A stretch of 64,000 nucleotides of DNA from Acidobacteriota bacterium. Lineage in GTDB: Bacteria > Acidobacteriota > UBA890 > WLXD01. Location of the stretch: assembly GCA_965248695.1 (NCBI GenBank), contig CBDFKD010000002.1, positions 896,001-960,000 on the forward strand, given 5' to 3'. The position numbers were made by a program, and so were the translations under genes. A model generated the notes under the pieces. It was not told the DNA's origin. It saw nothing but the letters and a program-made list of their open reading frames with translations, and did no database searches. Every line of letters begins with the position of its first letter. Positions within the stretch are counted from its first letter, which is position 1. Shown in pieces: positions 21,814-31,314 of this stretch.

Positions 21814-22164
21814 ATGCCGCGAAGCGAGCTTGTGCGTCGACTGGGCCGTGCGACGGGAATCGCCGCGGGTACGGTGGCGATCGCGCTGTGGATGATGTTT
21901 GCCGCGCGCATTTTCACCACCGGCAACACCGGCGGGCTGCTGGTGGCATTGACGATGATCGCCGTGGCGATCGCCGCTATCGGCGGATCGATCGCCAGTC
22001 ACGCGGGCGTAGTGCTGGCGGCCTTCGCGGTGTCGTTCCTGCCGGTCGGGCTGTACATGCTCGGTAGTCCGAGCATCTTCGCGGGAATCGGGCTCGCCAA
22101 CCTGCTCTACTTCGTGTCGGCCGTTCTGCTGTGGATGGCGCGCCGGGACGGCGGCGAAAAATGA
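21814..22164 (+). CDS. Hypothetical membrane protein
   Basis: Four hydrophobic segments; the stop overlaps the next ATG. Confidence 0.6.
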   Translation: MPRSELVRRLGRATGIAAGTVAIALWMMFAARIFTTGNTGGLLVALTMIAVAIAAIGGSIASHAGVVLAAFAVSFLPVGLYMLGSPSIFAGIGLANLLYFVSAVLLWMARRDGGEK

Positions 22165-22889
22165 CGACGCGTATGGAGCGCTACCGGGCGGCGCGACGCG
22201 ACCCGGCGCTGGTTGTGCTCGAGGGGTTCCATGCTGCCAAGCACGCCCTGCGCTTCGGTGCCGGGATTGTCGAGATGGCCGCCCGGAGTCGTGGCGAGAT
22301 CGACGAGCTGGCCCGCGAGCTCGCCCCGGACGTGCGCGCCAGTCTGGCCCAGGCGGACGAGATTCCGGACGCCGAGTTCGCCACGCTCGCCCCCCTGCCC
22401 CACCCGACAGGGCTGATCGCAATCGCTCGGCGTACCGCGACCGATGTGACGGATCTGGTATGCAGCGACGCCGCGGCTCCGCTGGTATTCCTGGAACAAC
22501 CGGCCCACCTCGGCAACCTCGGTGCTGCCGTGCGCGTCGGGGCTGCCGCCGGTGCGTGTGGCCTATTGACCAGCGGACAACATGATCCCTGGAGCCCCGA
22601 GGCGGTGCGCGCGGCGGCAGGACTGCAGTTCGCGCTGCCGTCGGCGCGAGTCGACGAGCTGCCGGCGAGCCCGCGACCACTGATCGCCCTCGACCCGGAA
22701 GGCGAGCCGATCTCCACCTGCCAGCTGCCCCCGGCACCGATTCTCGCCTTCGGACCCGAGCGTCACGGCTTGAGCGAACAGATCCTCGCCCGCGCGGTGC
22801 AACGCGTCTCGATCCCGATGACGTCGGGTGTCTCGAGCCTCAACCTCGCCACCGCCGTCGCAGTAGCTCTGTACGGGATGCGCAACTAG
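22161..22889 (+). CDS. TrmH/SpoU family RNA methyltransferase
   Basis: GNLGAAVR, FGPERHGLS and IPMTSGVSSLNLATA. Confidence 0.9.
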   Translation: MTTRMERYRAARRDPALVVLEGFHAAKHALRFGAGIVEMAARSRGEIDELARELAPDVRASLAQADEIPDAEFATLAPLPHPTGLIAIARRTATDVTDLVCSDAAAPLVFLEQPAHLGNLGAAVRVGAAAGACGLLTSGQHDPWSPEAVRAAAGLQFALPSARVDELPASPRPLIALDPEGEPISTCQLPPAPILAFGPERHGLSEQILARAVQRVSIPMTSGVSSLNLATAVAVALYGMRN

Positions 22890-23275
22890 ATCGTCTGGGC
22901 CCTGTATCGCGCTCCGGCGATCACCCCGATCGCACCCAGCAACGCCACCGTAACCGGATACCAGCTCGGCTGGCCCGGTTGTGGTTGAAAACCCAGCGCG
23001 GCTGACAAGATCATCAGCACCGCCGCCAACGCGATGCCGTGCGCCAGCGGCGCGTGGCTGCCGATCTTGGCCGCAAGCCAGCCACCGACGGCAGCCGCGA
23101 CCACGCCGTAGAGAAGATTGACTACCAGGTACGGCATTGGTGCTTGATCCAACTCGCCGCTGATGACACCCGATGCCATCAACGGTCCAGCGATCATCGT
23201 GCACACGATCACGATCACCACCATTGCTCCGTAGCCGGCGATCACGGCAACCACGCTGCGCATCGGGTTGTTCAC
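22886..23275 (-). CDS. Hypothetical membrane protein
   Basis: MRSVVAVIAGY..., AAAVGGWLAAKI and QPSWYP; four TM segments; coupled to the SRPBCC gene. Confidence 0.65.
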   Translation of the reverse strand: MNNPMRSVVAVIAGYGAMVVIVIVCTMIAGPLMASGVISGELDQAPMPYLVVNLLYGVVAAAVGGWLAAKIGSHAPLAHGIALAAVLMILSAALGFQPQPGQPSWYPVTVALLGAIGVIAGARYRAQTI

Positions 23276-24084
23276 GATGACCCCTCCTGCTGGGTTTCCA
23301 CCGGCTCGAACAGCGTGCCGAGCTTCGCCTTCAGGCTGGCCTCCACCTCGACGGCCTGGGGCTCCGCGACGCCGTACAGCGACAGCCATACTCCCAGGCT
23401 GTAGGCACCGGATCCCGGCTCCAGCTCGACGAACAGCAGCCCATCGTTGAGTGCCGGGCAGCGGCACGAGAAGTGGATCGCCGGGTTGACCAGGTCCACT
23501 TCGCCTGAATCACCGGTCCACAGCGTCACCGACGCCCCGGAGGTGGCCGGCAGCTCCGTCGCCGCGAGTCCGCCCTCCCCGAACAACGCCGCCCATGCGT
23601 CCGGCTTGCCGACGTTGATCTTGCGCCGGTCCCACACCATGCGACGAGGCGTCCCCGGATGGCGCTCCAGATAGAACTTGAGGTTGGACAGGAAGTAGCG
23701 CCAGCCGGAGTCGACCGTGTCGAAATACTCGACCCAGTCGTCCGCGGCGCTAAAGCCGGAGTGGACCATCCTGAGAACGGTGCGTCCCTCGCGCGCCTCG
23801 ATCGTGTAGTCGACGGCCACCGGTACGGCGTCGTCGGTCGGCGGCGGCCCCTCGGTGTAGCGCAGGCGGCGCCCTTCCTCCCAGGTATCGATGTGCCCGG
23901 TGCCTTCCACTCCCGGGCCCCACGAGATCGTCACCGTGCCGCCCACACCAGGCTCGATCTCGGCGGTCAGCGGGAACCAACGCTGTAGCTCCTCGGCGTC
24001 GCTGATCGCGTGCCAGACTTCCTCGGGCGAGGCGTCGATCTCGATCGACAGATCGACGTTCTTCGTGCGTACCGTTTCAGACAT
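23272..24084 (-). CDS. SRPBCC/AHSA1 domain protein
   Basis: IEIDASPEEVWHAISDAEELQRWF, TVLRMVHSGF and GWRYFLSNLKFYLE. Confidence 0.85.
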   Translation of the reverse strand: MSETVRTKNVDLSIEIDASPEEVWHAISDAEELQRWFPLTAEIEPGVGGTVTISWGPGVEGTGHIDTWEEGRRLRYTEGPPPTDDAVPVAVDYTIEAREGRTVLRMVHSGFSAADDWVEYFDTVDSGWRYFLSNLKFYLERHPGTPRRMVWDRRKINVGKPDAWAALFGEGGLAATELPATSGASVTLWTGDSGEVDLVNPAIHFSCRCPALNDGLLFVELEPGSGAYSLGVWLSLYGVAEPQAVEVEASLKAKLGTLFEPVETQQEGSS

Positions 24085-24111
24085 CAGGTTTGTCTCCAGG
24101 CTGGTTGCAAG

Positions 24112-24759
24112 TCAATGGCGACGACGCGCGGTGCTTTCGACCATCTTGAAGGGTGGTCCGCCACGCGTGTGGATGTCGTCCTTGAACACGACCTGGGTGA
24201 CGAAGGTGTCCTCGTCGACCCAGCGCAGCACGAAATCGTAGACCTGGTCGGCGCCGGAGATCGGGTCGTGATCGACACCGGCGAGCACTGTCTCGTCACC
24301 AGCGGCGTTCGCCGGCCCCTGGCCCGACACCCAGTAGGTTCCCGAAGTATCGAAGCCAACCAGGGTGTACTCGTCGGCTCGTCGATCGAACCCGATCACC
24401 GCCATGAGCTCGATCGGCGGGGCGGGGGCGGAATACATACCAGTCTGCACCAGGAACCGTCCGCCGAGCACCATCTTGGCCTCAGTAGTACCCGCGGCGA
24501 CAATCGGTTCGGCGCCGGGCTGCTGCCAGATCCGGGTCTCGACGTCCCAGGTACCCTGCATCGTTGCCAGCCGTTCGTGCTCCGGCCCAGGCATCGAGGC
24601 CTCCATCTGACGCTGCACGATCTTCTGCATCTCCTCGGCCGTGGGCTCCTGAGCCGTAAGAGAACCAGGCCAGGCGACGACCGCGATCACCAGCCCAACG
24701 GCCGGCAGTCGGGGCAGACGGAAGCAACGGGTCGGGTGCTCAGTGGACCGGCTGTTCAT
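24112..24759 (-). CDS. DUF1579-like exported protein
   Basis: Signal peptide, PGPEHERL...GTWDV, LGGRFL, GFD and DTSGT. Confidence 0.75.
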   Translation of the reverse strand: MNSRSTEHPTRCFRLPRLPAVGLVIAVVAWPGSLTAQEPTAEEMQKIVQRQMEASMPGPEHERLATMQGTWDVETRIWQQPGAEPIVAAGTTEAKMVLGGRFLVQTGMYSAPAPPIELMAVIGFDRRADEYTLVGFDTSGTYWVSGQGPANAAGDETVLAGVDHDPISGADQVYDFVLRWVDEDTFVTQVVFKDDIHTRGGPPFKMVESTARRRH

Positions 24760-25396
24760 CGCTGTCGTCTCCGCTGTCGTGGGTGGTTTCGAACTCGTTC
24801 GTGGCCGCCTGTTGGCCAGCCAGTGACGGATATCCGCACAGGTTGAACCGGAAGCTCCTCCCAGGAGTTTCCGCCGCGGCGTGGTACTTGCTCACCAGTC
24901 CCTCGAGAGCTGCCGAGAGCTCTTCTGCGAAGGCGGTCTGCTCGGCCGGGCTGGCGAACCTGACCTCGGTCTCTAGGCTCAACGTCGCCAGCCGCTTGCC
25001 GCTCCGATCGGCGCGCCGGCGGAGGGTGGCGAGGTCGCGTAACGTCCGGGCGGCCAGAGCGACGAGATATTCGCTCGAGAAACGATCGCGGATCTCCTCA
25101 GGACTGCTCGCCAGCCCACCGAGCGCCTGCGGCACGATCACGTAGGCGCGGGCGGTCGTCTGCAGCAATTGCTCGACGAAGTTGCCCTTGCGGCGCTCCC
25201 CCACCGGCTCCAGGAGCCCATGCTCGCGCAACAGGCGAACATGGTGGCCGACTCGCTGCCGCGGCAACTCCAGGTCGCGCGCCACTTCCGCCGCGGATGC
25301 CGGGTCGCGGAACCGTTCCAGTAGCTGGATGCGCACCGGGTGCAGCAGGGTAGCCGCCTGATCGGTGCCTTCGACAAGTCCAACGGGTGTTTGCAT
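24740..25396 (-). CDS. Winged-helix (ArsR-like) transcriptional regulator
   Basis: LLHPVRIQLL..., SAAEVARDLELPRQRVGHHVRLL and RDRFSSEYL. Confidence 0.85.
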   Translation of the reverse strand: MQTPVGLVEGTDQAATLLHPVRIQLLERFRDPASAAEVARDLELPRQRVGHHVRLLREHGLLEPVGERRKGNFVEQLLQTTARAYVIVPQALGGLASSPEEIRDRFSSEYLVALAARTLRDLATLRRRADRSGKRLATLSLETEVRFASPAEQTAFAEELSAALEGLVSKYHAAAETPGRSFRFNLCGYPSLAGQQAATNEFETTHDSGDDSDEQPVH

Positions 25397-25414
25397 GAGG
25401 GAGAAACTATTGTA

Positions 25415-25448
25415 GACAAGTAATTTTGTCAAGACCGATATATCTGTC
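25415..25448. promoter_or_regulatory. Two tandem 16-bp GAC-N10-GTC boxes, putative operator
   Basis: GACAAGTAATTTTGTC and GACCGATATATCTGTC lie between the divergent regulator and peptidase genes. Confidence 0.55.
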
Positions 25449-25459
25449 TATAGACATTC

Positions 25460-27964
25460 ATGCAGAACCCACCTCTACGAACGCTAATATCCCGACCCAT
25501 GCACGGCTCGCTTACGCATGGTTGGCGCGCTCGAACCACGACAGTGCTTGCAGTCCTGCTTGCGGGTGGTATCGGTCGAGCCCAGGGTCCCGAACCCTTC
25601 ACGCCGGACGATCTGTTCCGGGCCCACACGATCGGCCGCATGGCCTGGTCACCGGACGGCGATCTGATCGCCATCGCGTTGGTCGGCCCGGGTAACGAGC
25701 TCGGCGTCCTCGAAACACGCACGGAGCTGGTCCTTGTCGATGCAACCTCCGGGGAGCTCACGACCCTGGCAAGCGGGCTCGCCGAGGAGCGCGGCTACTG
25801 GTCGCCGGTCTGGTCGCCCGAGGGAGGAACGCTCGCGTTCCTGACCGCGGACGCAAGCGGCTCGGTGCACCCGGCACTCTGGCGGCGTGGCGAAGCGTCG
25901 TTCCACACGTTCACGGACGTCGACATCCGGCTCGGTTTCGGCGACCCGCCGATCGTGTGGGCCGACGAACAACATGTGCTCTTCCAGTCCTGGCGGGACG
26001 GCGCCAACCGGAGCGGGTCGCTGTACTTCCAGCTGGTGCGCGGTCGCAACGCATCGCAACTGTGGGACGAGCGACGCCGAGGTACCGACGCCACCGTCAG
26101 CGTCCTCGAATCCGGTCCGTCCGCATCGATCGAACCGGCGATCGAGCCCACCGTCCTTCGCCGCCACGACGTTGCCACCGGCCAGACCAACGAGGTGCTA
26201 GAGCAGGTGCTGCACCGACCAGTGGTATCGCCTGATGGACGTCACGTCGCCTTCTTCGTGCCGAGTCCCGGGTTGCCGCGCGAGCCGGTCGCATCGTTCC
26301 TGCGACATGCCGAGCTCTATGACTCGGTGAACTGGGGCACCGCCCTGGCAGTCGCCGACCTCGACGCCGGCGAGATCGTGGCCGGGCCGGTGAACCTGCT
26401 GGACCCGGATTACTTCTCCCTTCGCTGGTCATCGAGTGGAACCCGGCTGGTGGCGATGGGGCGCCACGAAGATGGCTCGGGGCAAGGCCCACTCCTGCTC
26501 TTTGACGAGGCCGGCTTGCGCCATGTCGAGGTCGAAGGAGTTGGCCCCATCTTGGCGGCCAGATGGCTGGGGGACGAGCTGGTGGTGCGCGCCCGGGACG
26601 ACGACAGCGAAAGCGGCAACGACCGCGACGACGGCGATCGTGCCGACTGGTGGAAGGTCAACCCTGGCCCACCGATCAATCTCACCGGCGCGCTTCCGCC
26701 CTCCGCGGGCGCTCCGGTCCTCGTCGGGCACAACGATGCCATCGTCGAGGCGGAGGGAGATCTCTGGCGCTTGGATCTGGGATCGGCGAGCTCACCGGCC
26801 ACGCTGCTCACGAGCGAGCTGGACGCCGTCAGCGGATCCCGCGCGCTGAGTAGCGAGGGAGCCTTCTACGCCCGAGTCGGCGGGCAACCTACTCTGCTTC
26901 ACTTCGACGGCCAAGCTCTCCATTCAACGACCATCCCCGTGCCCCTGGCCGGCACCACCCCGCGGGCGCTCTCCCCGAACGGTGACGCGGCGATCCTCAC
27001 CGGCAGCGACGACGACGGGACCCGGATGTGGCTCACTCGAACCGTGGGCGAGCTCGAGGATCAGGGCGCCAGCCACTTCATCGAGGTCTGGCACGGCAAC
27101 TCCTGGATCGCCAACAAGCGCCGCGGCGTTGCACGGCATCTCGAGTACACCTCGATCAGCGGCCGCACGCTCAACGCATGGCTGCTCGTGCCACCCGGCC
27201 GCGGACCATTCCCCATGGTCGTGGACATCTATCCAGGAGCCGAGTACGACGCCGAGCCGCCGTACGCCTTCGAGCTCACCAACGGCCATTTCCTTCACCC
27301 GCAGCTGTTCGCCGAGCTCGGCTACGCGGTGCTCTTGCCCAGCATGCCCGCACCCGACGACCCGACGGCGAGCAACCCGATCGACGAGCTCACCGACGGC
27401 GTACTGCCGGCACTGGATGCCGCCATCGCCACCGGGACGATCGATGGTAGTCGCATGGCCGTCGTCGGCCAGAGCGCCGGCGGCTACTCCACCCTCGCCT
27501 CATCGCACAGACTGACCGGTTCCGTGCCGCAATCGCCAGCGCCAGCTACTCCGACCTCGAAAGTCTGTACGGCACTTTCTACGGGCAGCGGCGCTACGGC
27601 GACGGCGGCCATCCGCAGGCGGGTCAGCTCTTGCGCATCATGCAGCTGGAGCGCGGCTACGCGCACATGGGCGGCCCGCCCTGGGAGCAACCGGAGCGAT
27701 ATCGCCACAACAGCCCGCTCACCCACGTCGACAAGATCCGCCCGCACCCCACTGATGCTGGTGCACGGCGACATGGACTTCATCCCGATCCAGCAGGCCG
27801 AGCAGATGTTCACGGCGCTGTATCGACTCGACCGCGACGTTCGCTTGGTGCGCTATCACGGCGAGCAGCACACGGTCTCCGGGCGGGCGAACGTGCTCGA
27901 CCTGTGGACCCGTATCGAGTCCTGGCTGGATTCGCACCTGGCGCCGGCCGGAAGAGATAACTAG
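25460..27964 (+). CDS. S9 prolyl oligopeptidase family peptidase (two compensating frameshifts at ~27499 and ~27740)
   Basis: Propeller repeats WSPDG/WSPEG, nucleophile GQSAGGY, HGDMD and GEQH. The segment LIAQTDRFRAAIA...GGPPWEQPERYRHNSPL is in another frame. Confidence 0.88.
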   Translation: MQNPPLRTLISRPMHGSLTHGWRARTTTVLAVLLAGGIGRAQGPEPFTPDDLFRAHTIGRMAWSPDGDLIAIALVGPGNELGVLETRTELVLVDATSGELTTLASGLAEERGYWSPVWSPEGGTLAFLTADASGSVHPALWRRGEASFHTFTDVDIRLGFGDPPIVWADEQHVLFQSWRDGANRSGSLYFQLVRGRNASQLWDERRRGTDATVSVLESGPSASIEPAIEPTVLRRHDVATGQTNEVLEQVLHRPVVSPDGRHVAFFVPSPGLPREPVASFLRHAELYDSVNWGTALAVADLDAGEIVAGPVNLLDPDYFSLRWSSSGTRLVAMGRHEDGSGQGPLLLFDEAGLRHVEVEGVGPILAARWLGDELVVRARDDDSESGNDRDDGDRADWWKVNPGPPINLTGALPPSAGAPVLVGHNDAIVEAEGDLWRLDLGSASSPATLLTSELDAVSGSRALSSEGAFYARVGGQPTLLHFDGQALHSTTIPVPLAGTTPRALSPNGDAAILTGSDDDGTRMWLTRTVGELEDQGASHFIEVWHGNSWIANKRRGVARHLEYTSISGRTLNAWLLVPPGRGPFPMVVDIYPGAEYDAEPPYAFELTNGHFLHPQLFAELGYAVLLPSMPAPDDPTASNPIDELTDGVLPALDAAIATGTIDGSRMAVVGQSAGGYSTLASSHRLTGSVPQSPAPATPTSKVCTALSTGSGATATAAIRRRVSSCASCSWSAATRTWAARPGSNRSDIATTARSPTSTRSARTPLMLVHGDMDFIPIQQAEQMFTALYRLDRDVRLVRYHGEQHTVSGRANVLDLWTRIESWLDSHLAPAGRDN

Positions 27965-28198
27965 GTGGGTTCGACCCAGCCCGGCCGTCCCTCCTGGGGC
28001 TCGTCGCCTGTAGCAGTAGCGCTGAAAACACCGTCACTCACGCCCGCTGGCCTCGCACCGGTGAGATCGCCGATGCAACCGCGTATAGTCGGCGCCAATC
28101 CAGGCCCGATCGCGCCCTGCAGCTCGGCGAATGGACAAGCTGGTGGAATGATCTAGACCGAGTCTCTCGCTGCATTTGTTCGAACGAAGGAAGGTCCC

Positions 28199-29539
28199 GT
28201 GCGCTCCTCGCTTCGCTTGCTACTCGCCAGTGCGCTCATTGCTGTCCCGTTGGCGAGCCCCGCAAACGTCAACGGGCATCAAGACGGCACCGATATCGAC
28301 GCCATCATCGAGTCGCTCATGCCCTCGGTGATCGAGTGGCGTCACGATATCCACCAGCACCCGGAGCTATCGAACCGCGAGCACCGCACGGCGGCCAAGG
28401 TGGCGGAGCATCTACGCTCGATCGGCCTCGACGAGGTCGAGACCGGAATCGCACACACGGGAGTCGTCGGGACGCTGCGGGGCAGCCTCCCGGGCCCAGT
28501 GGTGGCGCTGCGCGCCGACATGGACGGCCTGCCGGTCAAGGAGATGACCGGGCTGCCCTTCGCCTCCGAGGCGATCGGCGAGTACAACGGCGCCGAAGTT
28601 CCGGTGATGCACGCCTGCGGACACGACGCCCATGTGGCGATTCTCATGGGCGTCGCGGCGGCGCTGGCCGAGGTGCGCGAGTCGATCCCGGGCACCGTGA
28701 AGTTCTTCTTCCAGCCGGCTGAGGAGGGCGCGCCGCCCGGTGAGGAAGGTGGCGCGGCGCTCATGCTCGAGGAGGGGGTGTTCGAGGGCTCCGATGCTCC
28801 CGAGGCAATCTTCGGTCTGCACGTTTGGCCGGAGACCACCGGTACCCTCGGCTACCGGTCCGGAGGCGCGCTCGCCGCCTCCGACGGGCTCTATATCAAG
28901 GTCATCGGCCGGCAGACGCATGGGTCACAGCCATGGCGGGGAGTCGATCCCATCATCGCCGCGGCTCAGATCGTGGCGGCACTGCAGACAATCCCCAGCC
29001 GCCAACTCGACATCACCAGGGCGCCCGCGGTGGTGTCGATCGGCAGCATCCACGGCGGCGTGCGCGGCAACATCATTCCCGACTTCGTCGAGATGACCGG
29101 CACCATCCGCACCTTCGACCCCAATATGCGCGAGGAGTTACACGAGCGGATCCGCACTACCGCCGTGGCGATCGCCGAGAGCTCAGGCGCAACCGCGGAG
29201 GTGGAGCTGCGCCCCGGAACCCCGGTCACGTACAACGACCCGGAGCTCACCGAGCGCATGCTGCCCACGCTGGAGCGCGCCGCACCAGGCAAGGTCAAGC
29301 AACTCGACCTCATCATGGGAGCCGAGGACTTTTCCTATTTCCAGGAGCTCATCCCCGGCTTCTACTTCACCCTCGGGGTCAACAAGGCCGGGGTGGGGCC
29401 GAACGAAGCGGCGCCGAACCACTCGCCCAATTTCTACGTCAACGACGACGCGCTGATCGTCGGAGTGCGAGCAATGGCGGGAATGGCGATGGATTACTTG
29501 AGCTCCGCCCTCACCTCGTCGAGCGCCCCTGACCGGTAG
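28199..29539 (+). CDS. M20D family amidohydrolase, exported
   Basis: HQHPELSNRE, ALRADMDGLP, MHACGHDAH, FQPAEEG, GAEDFS and NHSP. Confidence 0.92.
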   Translation: MRSSLRLLLASALIAVPLASPANVNGHQDGTDIDAIIESLMPSVIEWRHDIHQHPELSNREHRTAAKVAEHLRSIGLDEVETGIAHTGVVGTLRGSLPGPVVALRADMDGLPVKEMTGLPFASEAIGEYNGAEVPVMHACGHDAHVAILMGVAAALAEVRESIPGTVKFFFQPAEEGAPPGEEGGAALMLEEGVFEGSDAPEAIFGLHVWPETTGTLGYRSGGALAASDGLYIKVIGRQTHGSQPWRGVDPIIAAAQIVAALQTIPSRQLDITRAPAVVSIGSIHGGVRGNIIPDFVEMTGTIRTFDPNMREELHERIRTTAVAIAESSGATAEVELRPGTPVTYNDPELTERMLPTLERAAPGKVKQLDLIMGAEDFSYFQELIPGFYFTLGVNKAGVGPNEAAPNHSPNFYVNDDALIVGVRAMAGMAMDYLSSALTSSSAPDR

Positions 29540-29673
29540 GCGATTTCCAAGGCCTCCTCGAGCCACGCCAATCGCTGCGCGGCGGTCGCCTTCAGCGTGG
29601 CCTCCAGGTGGTGGCGACGCGTACCCTCCCAAGTGGCGTCCCACGACTCGCGAGCTCCGGCCCGATCAGCCAT
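29494..29673 (-). CDS. 59-aa helical protein, putative partner of the nucleotidyltransferase
   Basis: MADRAGARESWDATWEGTRRHHLEATLKATAAQRLAWLEEALEIAYRSGALDEVRAELK*. The ATG overlaps the end of the NTase; it is too short for the ORF track. Confidence 0.6.
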   Translation of the reverse strand: MADRAGARESWDATWEGTRRHHLEATLKATAAQRLAWLEEALEIAYRSGALDEVRAELK

Positions 29674-30175
29674 CGTTGGTCGTCTTCCGCAGACGCTGGA
29701 TGGCCTCGAGCGATTCGATATCGTCGCGATCCTGCGGACGTCCCGCGAGGCGTTTCAGTCGGATCAGGTCCGGGATCGACGCAACGCGCACACTCGTCAC
29801 TTCCAGGTCGACCTCGACCGACCGCGCCCATAGCTCCTCGAACGGGATCGGATGCTCGGCGAACAGATCCACCACACGCATCGGGTTGCCTGGATCGAGC
29901 ATCGAGAACACTCTCATTCCACGCTCCCGCACCCAAGCCTCGCGGGTTGCAGTGTTGGCAAAGTCCCTTGCGTCGACCGGTAGCCTCGGCTTCATTCCCA
30001 GCTCCGCGAGAACATCAATCGCCTTGACAGCCTCTGGAGGGCTCAGGTCAACGATGAGGTCAACGTCGACCGTCAGGCGCGCGTGGCCGTGCAACACGAC
30101 CGCGAGGCCACCGACGACCACGTAGCGCACGTCGGCTGCATTCAGTGCCATGAAGATGGGCTCGAACACCGCCAT
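29666..30175 (-). CDS. Nucleotidyltransferase (DUF6036/AbiEii-like pol-beta fold)
   Basis: YVVVGGLAVVLHGHARLTVDVDL (GG...DxD) and LIRLKRLAGRPQDRDDI. Confidence 0.85.
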   Translation of the reverse strand: MAVFEPIFMALNAADVRYVVVGGLAVVLHGHARLTVDVDLIVDLSPPEAVKAIDVLAELGMKPRLPVDARDFANTATREAWVRERGMRVFSMLDPGNPMRVVDLFAEHPIPFEELWARSVEVDLEVTSVRVASIPDLIRLKRLAGRPQDRDDIESLEAIQRLRKTTNDG

Positions 30176-30240
30176 GCGGGGATTCTACGGGCGGATCCGT
30201 CATTGAACCAAATCGTTTCGCCACGTGGTGAGTTGGCTCG

Positions 30241-30290
30241 TCTGATACTATAGGTCCGTATCAGACCTATCCGATATGGACCGTATCGGA
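30241..30290. promoter_or_regulatory. Two related inverted repeats, putative PadR-family operator
   Basis: TCTGATAC-N9-GTATCAGA (30241-30265) and TCCGATA-N7-TATCGGA (30270-30290). Confidence 0.55.
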
Positions 30291-30341
30291 GTCGTCGCCA
30301 CCAGACACGCTCGGATCTTCGCGGGGAAACCAACCACGGCC

Positions 30342-30737
30342 ATGACCGATCGTCCCTCCCCGAGCTCAGCAATCCCGCTCACGCCCGCGGTTTTCCACAT
30401 CATGCTCGCCCTGGCCGACGGCAACCTGCACGGCTATGGCATCAAGCTGGCCGTGCGCGAGCTCAGCGGCGGCCGTATTCAGCTTGGTTCCGGGACCCTC
30501 TACCGGTCGTTGCAGAAGGCCTTCGTTGACGGCCTTGTGGAGCGCATCGAGGACGTCGCCGGTCCGCGCGACGCCGCCGAGCCGCGCGTCGACTACCGGC
30601 TGACGAAGTTCGGCCGCGAGGTCGCCGAGGCCGAGGCCGAGCGTCTGGCGCTGCTGGTCGAGGCAGCCATGAACCGACGCCTGCTCCCCGGCTGGCGCAT
30701 GCACGTTCCCCAGATAAAGTCCAAAAGAGGAGCCTGA
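30342..30737 (+). CDS. PadR family transcriptional regulator
   Basis: FHIMLALADGNLHGYGI, GSGTLYRSL and YRLTKFGREVAEAEAERL. Confidence 0.9.
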   Translation: MTDRPSPSSAIPLTPAVFHIMLALADGNLHGYGIKLAVRELSGGRIQLGSGTLYRSLQKAFVDGLVERIEDVAGPRDAAEPRVDYRLTKFGREVAEAEAERLALLVEAAMNRRLLPGWRMHVPQIKSKRGA

Positions 30738-30740
30738 CTT

Positions 30741-31152
30741 ATGACCGCCCGAGTTCCCCCCGTTCCTGAAGACTTCCACTCGATCACCCCGCAACCTCGC
30801 CGAGGACGGCGAATCGGTGGTGCATTGCGAGCTGCTGCTGGGCGACTCGCGCTTCTTCGTGAACGAGGAGTTCCCTGACTATGGGCAGCTGTCGCCACTG
30901 GCGCACGAGGGCACGGCGGTGACCTTCCACATGTACGTCGAGGACGTCGACACCGTCTGGACCCGCGCGATAGAGGCTGGCGGCGAGGTGGTGATGCCGC
31001 TGGACGATCAGTTCTGGGGTGACCGCTACGGCATCCTGCGCGATCCCTTCGGCCATCGATGGTCGCTGGCGAGTCGGCTCGAGGACCTGTCACCGGAGGA
31101 GAGCCAGGAGCGCGCCAAGGAGTTCTTCGCCGAGCCCGCGGCGGGCGACTAG
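30741..31152 (+). pseudogene. PhnB-like VOC protein with an internal out-of-frame deletion at ~30795
   Basis: MTARVPPVPEDFHSITP jumps to another frame, NLAEDGESVVHCELLLGDS...DQFWGDRYG..RDPFGHRW. The usual 'AIDFYxxAFGA' segment is absent. Confidence 0.75.
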
Positions 31153-31314
31153 ACGGCGCGGTCCGCCGGCCGCAACGCGAGGGTCCGCTCCGGCGAACGT
31201 TGCCCAGAACATGCCCCGGCACCGCGTCGACCTGGAGCTTCTCCAAGCCAGTGAGTCGGGGTGGCGGACGCCCGTTTCGCCATGTGCGAGTGCTGCGCTA
31301 GCCGAGCCCGCTGG

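Noticed and set aside
25460-27964. S9 peptidase as a lasso-peptide isopeptidase or RiPP marker
   Set aside because: No precursor, cyclase or B protein lies nearby, and the TonB-dependent receptor is more than 11 kb away.
27961-28156. Intergenic stretch bounded by CTAG with a GGTTCGA T-loop-like motif
   Set aside because: The terminal inverted repeats are poor, there is no similarity to the 279-bp element and no tRNA cloverleaf can be built.
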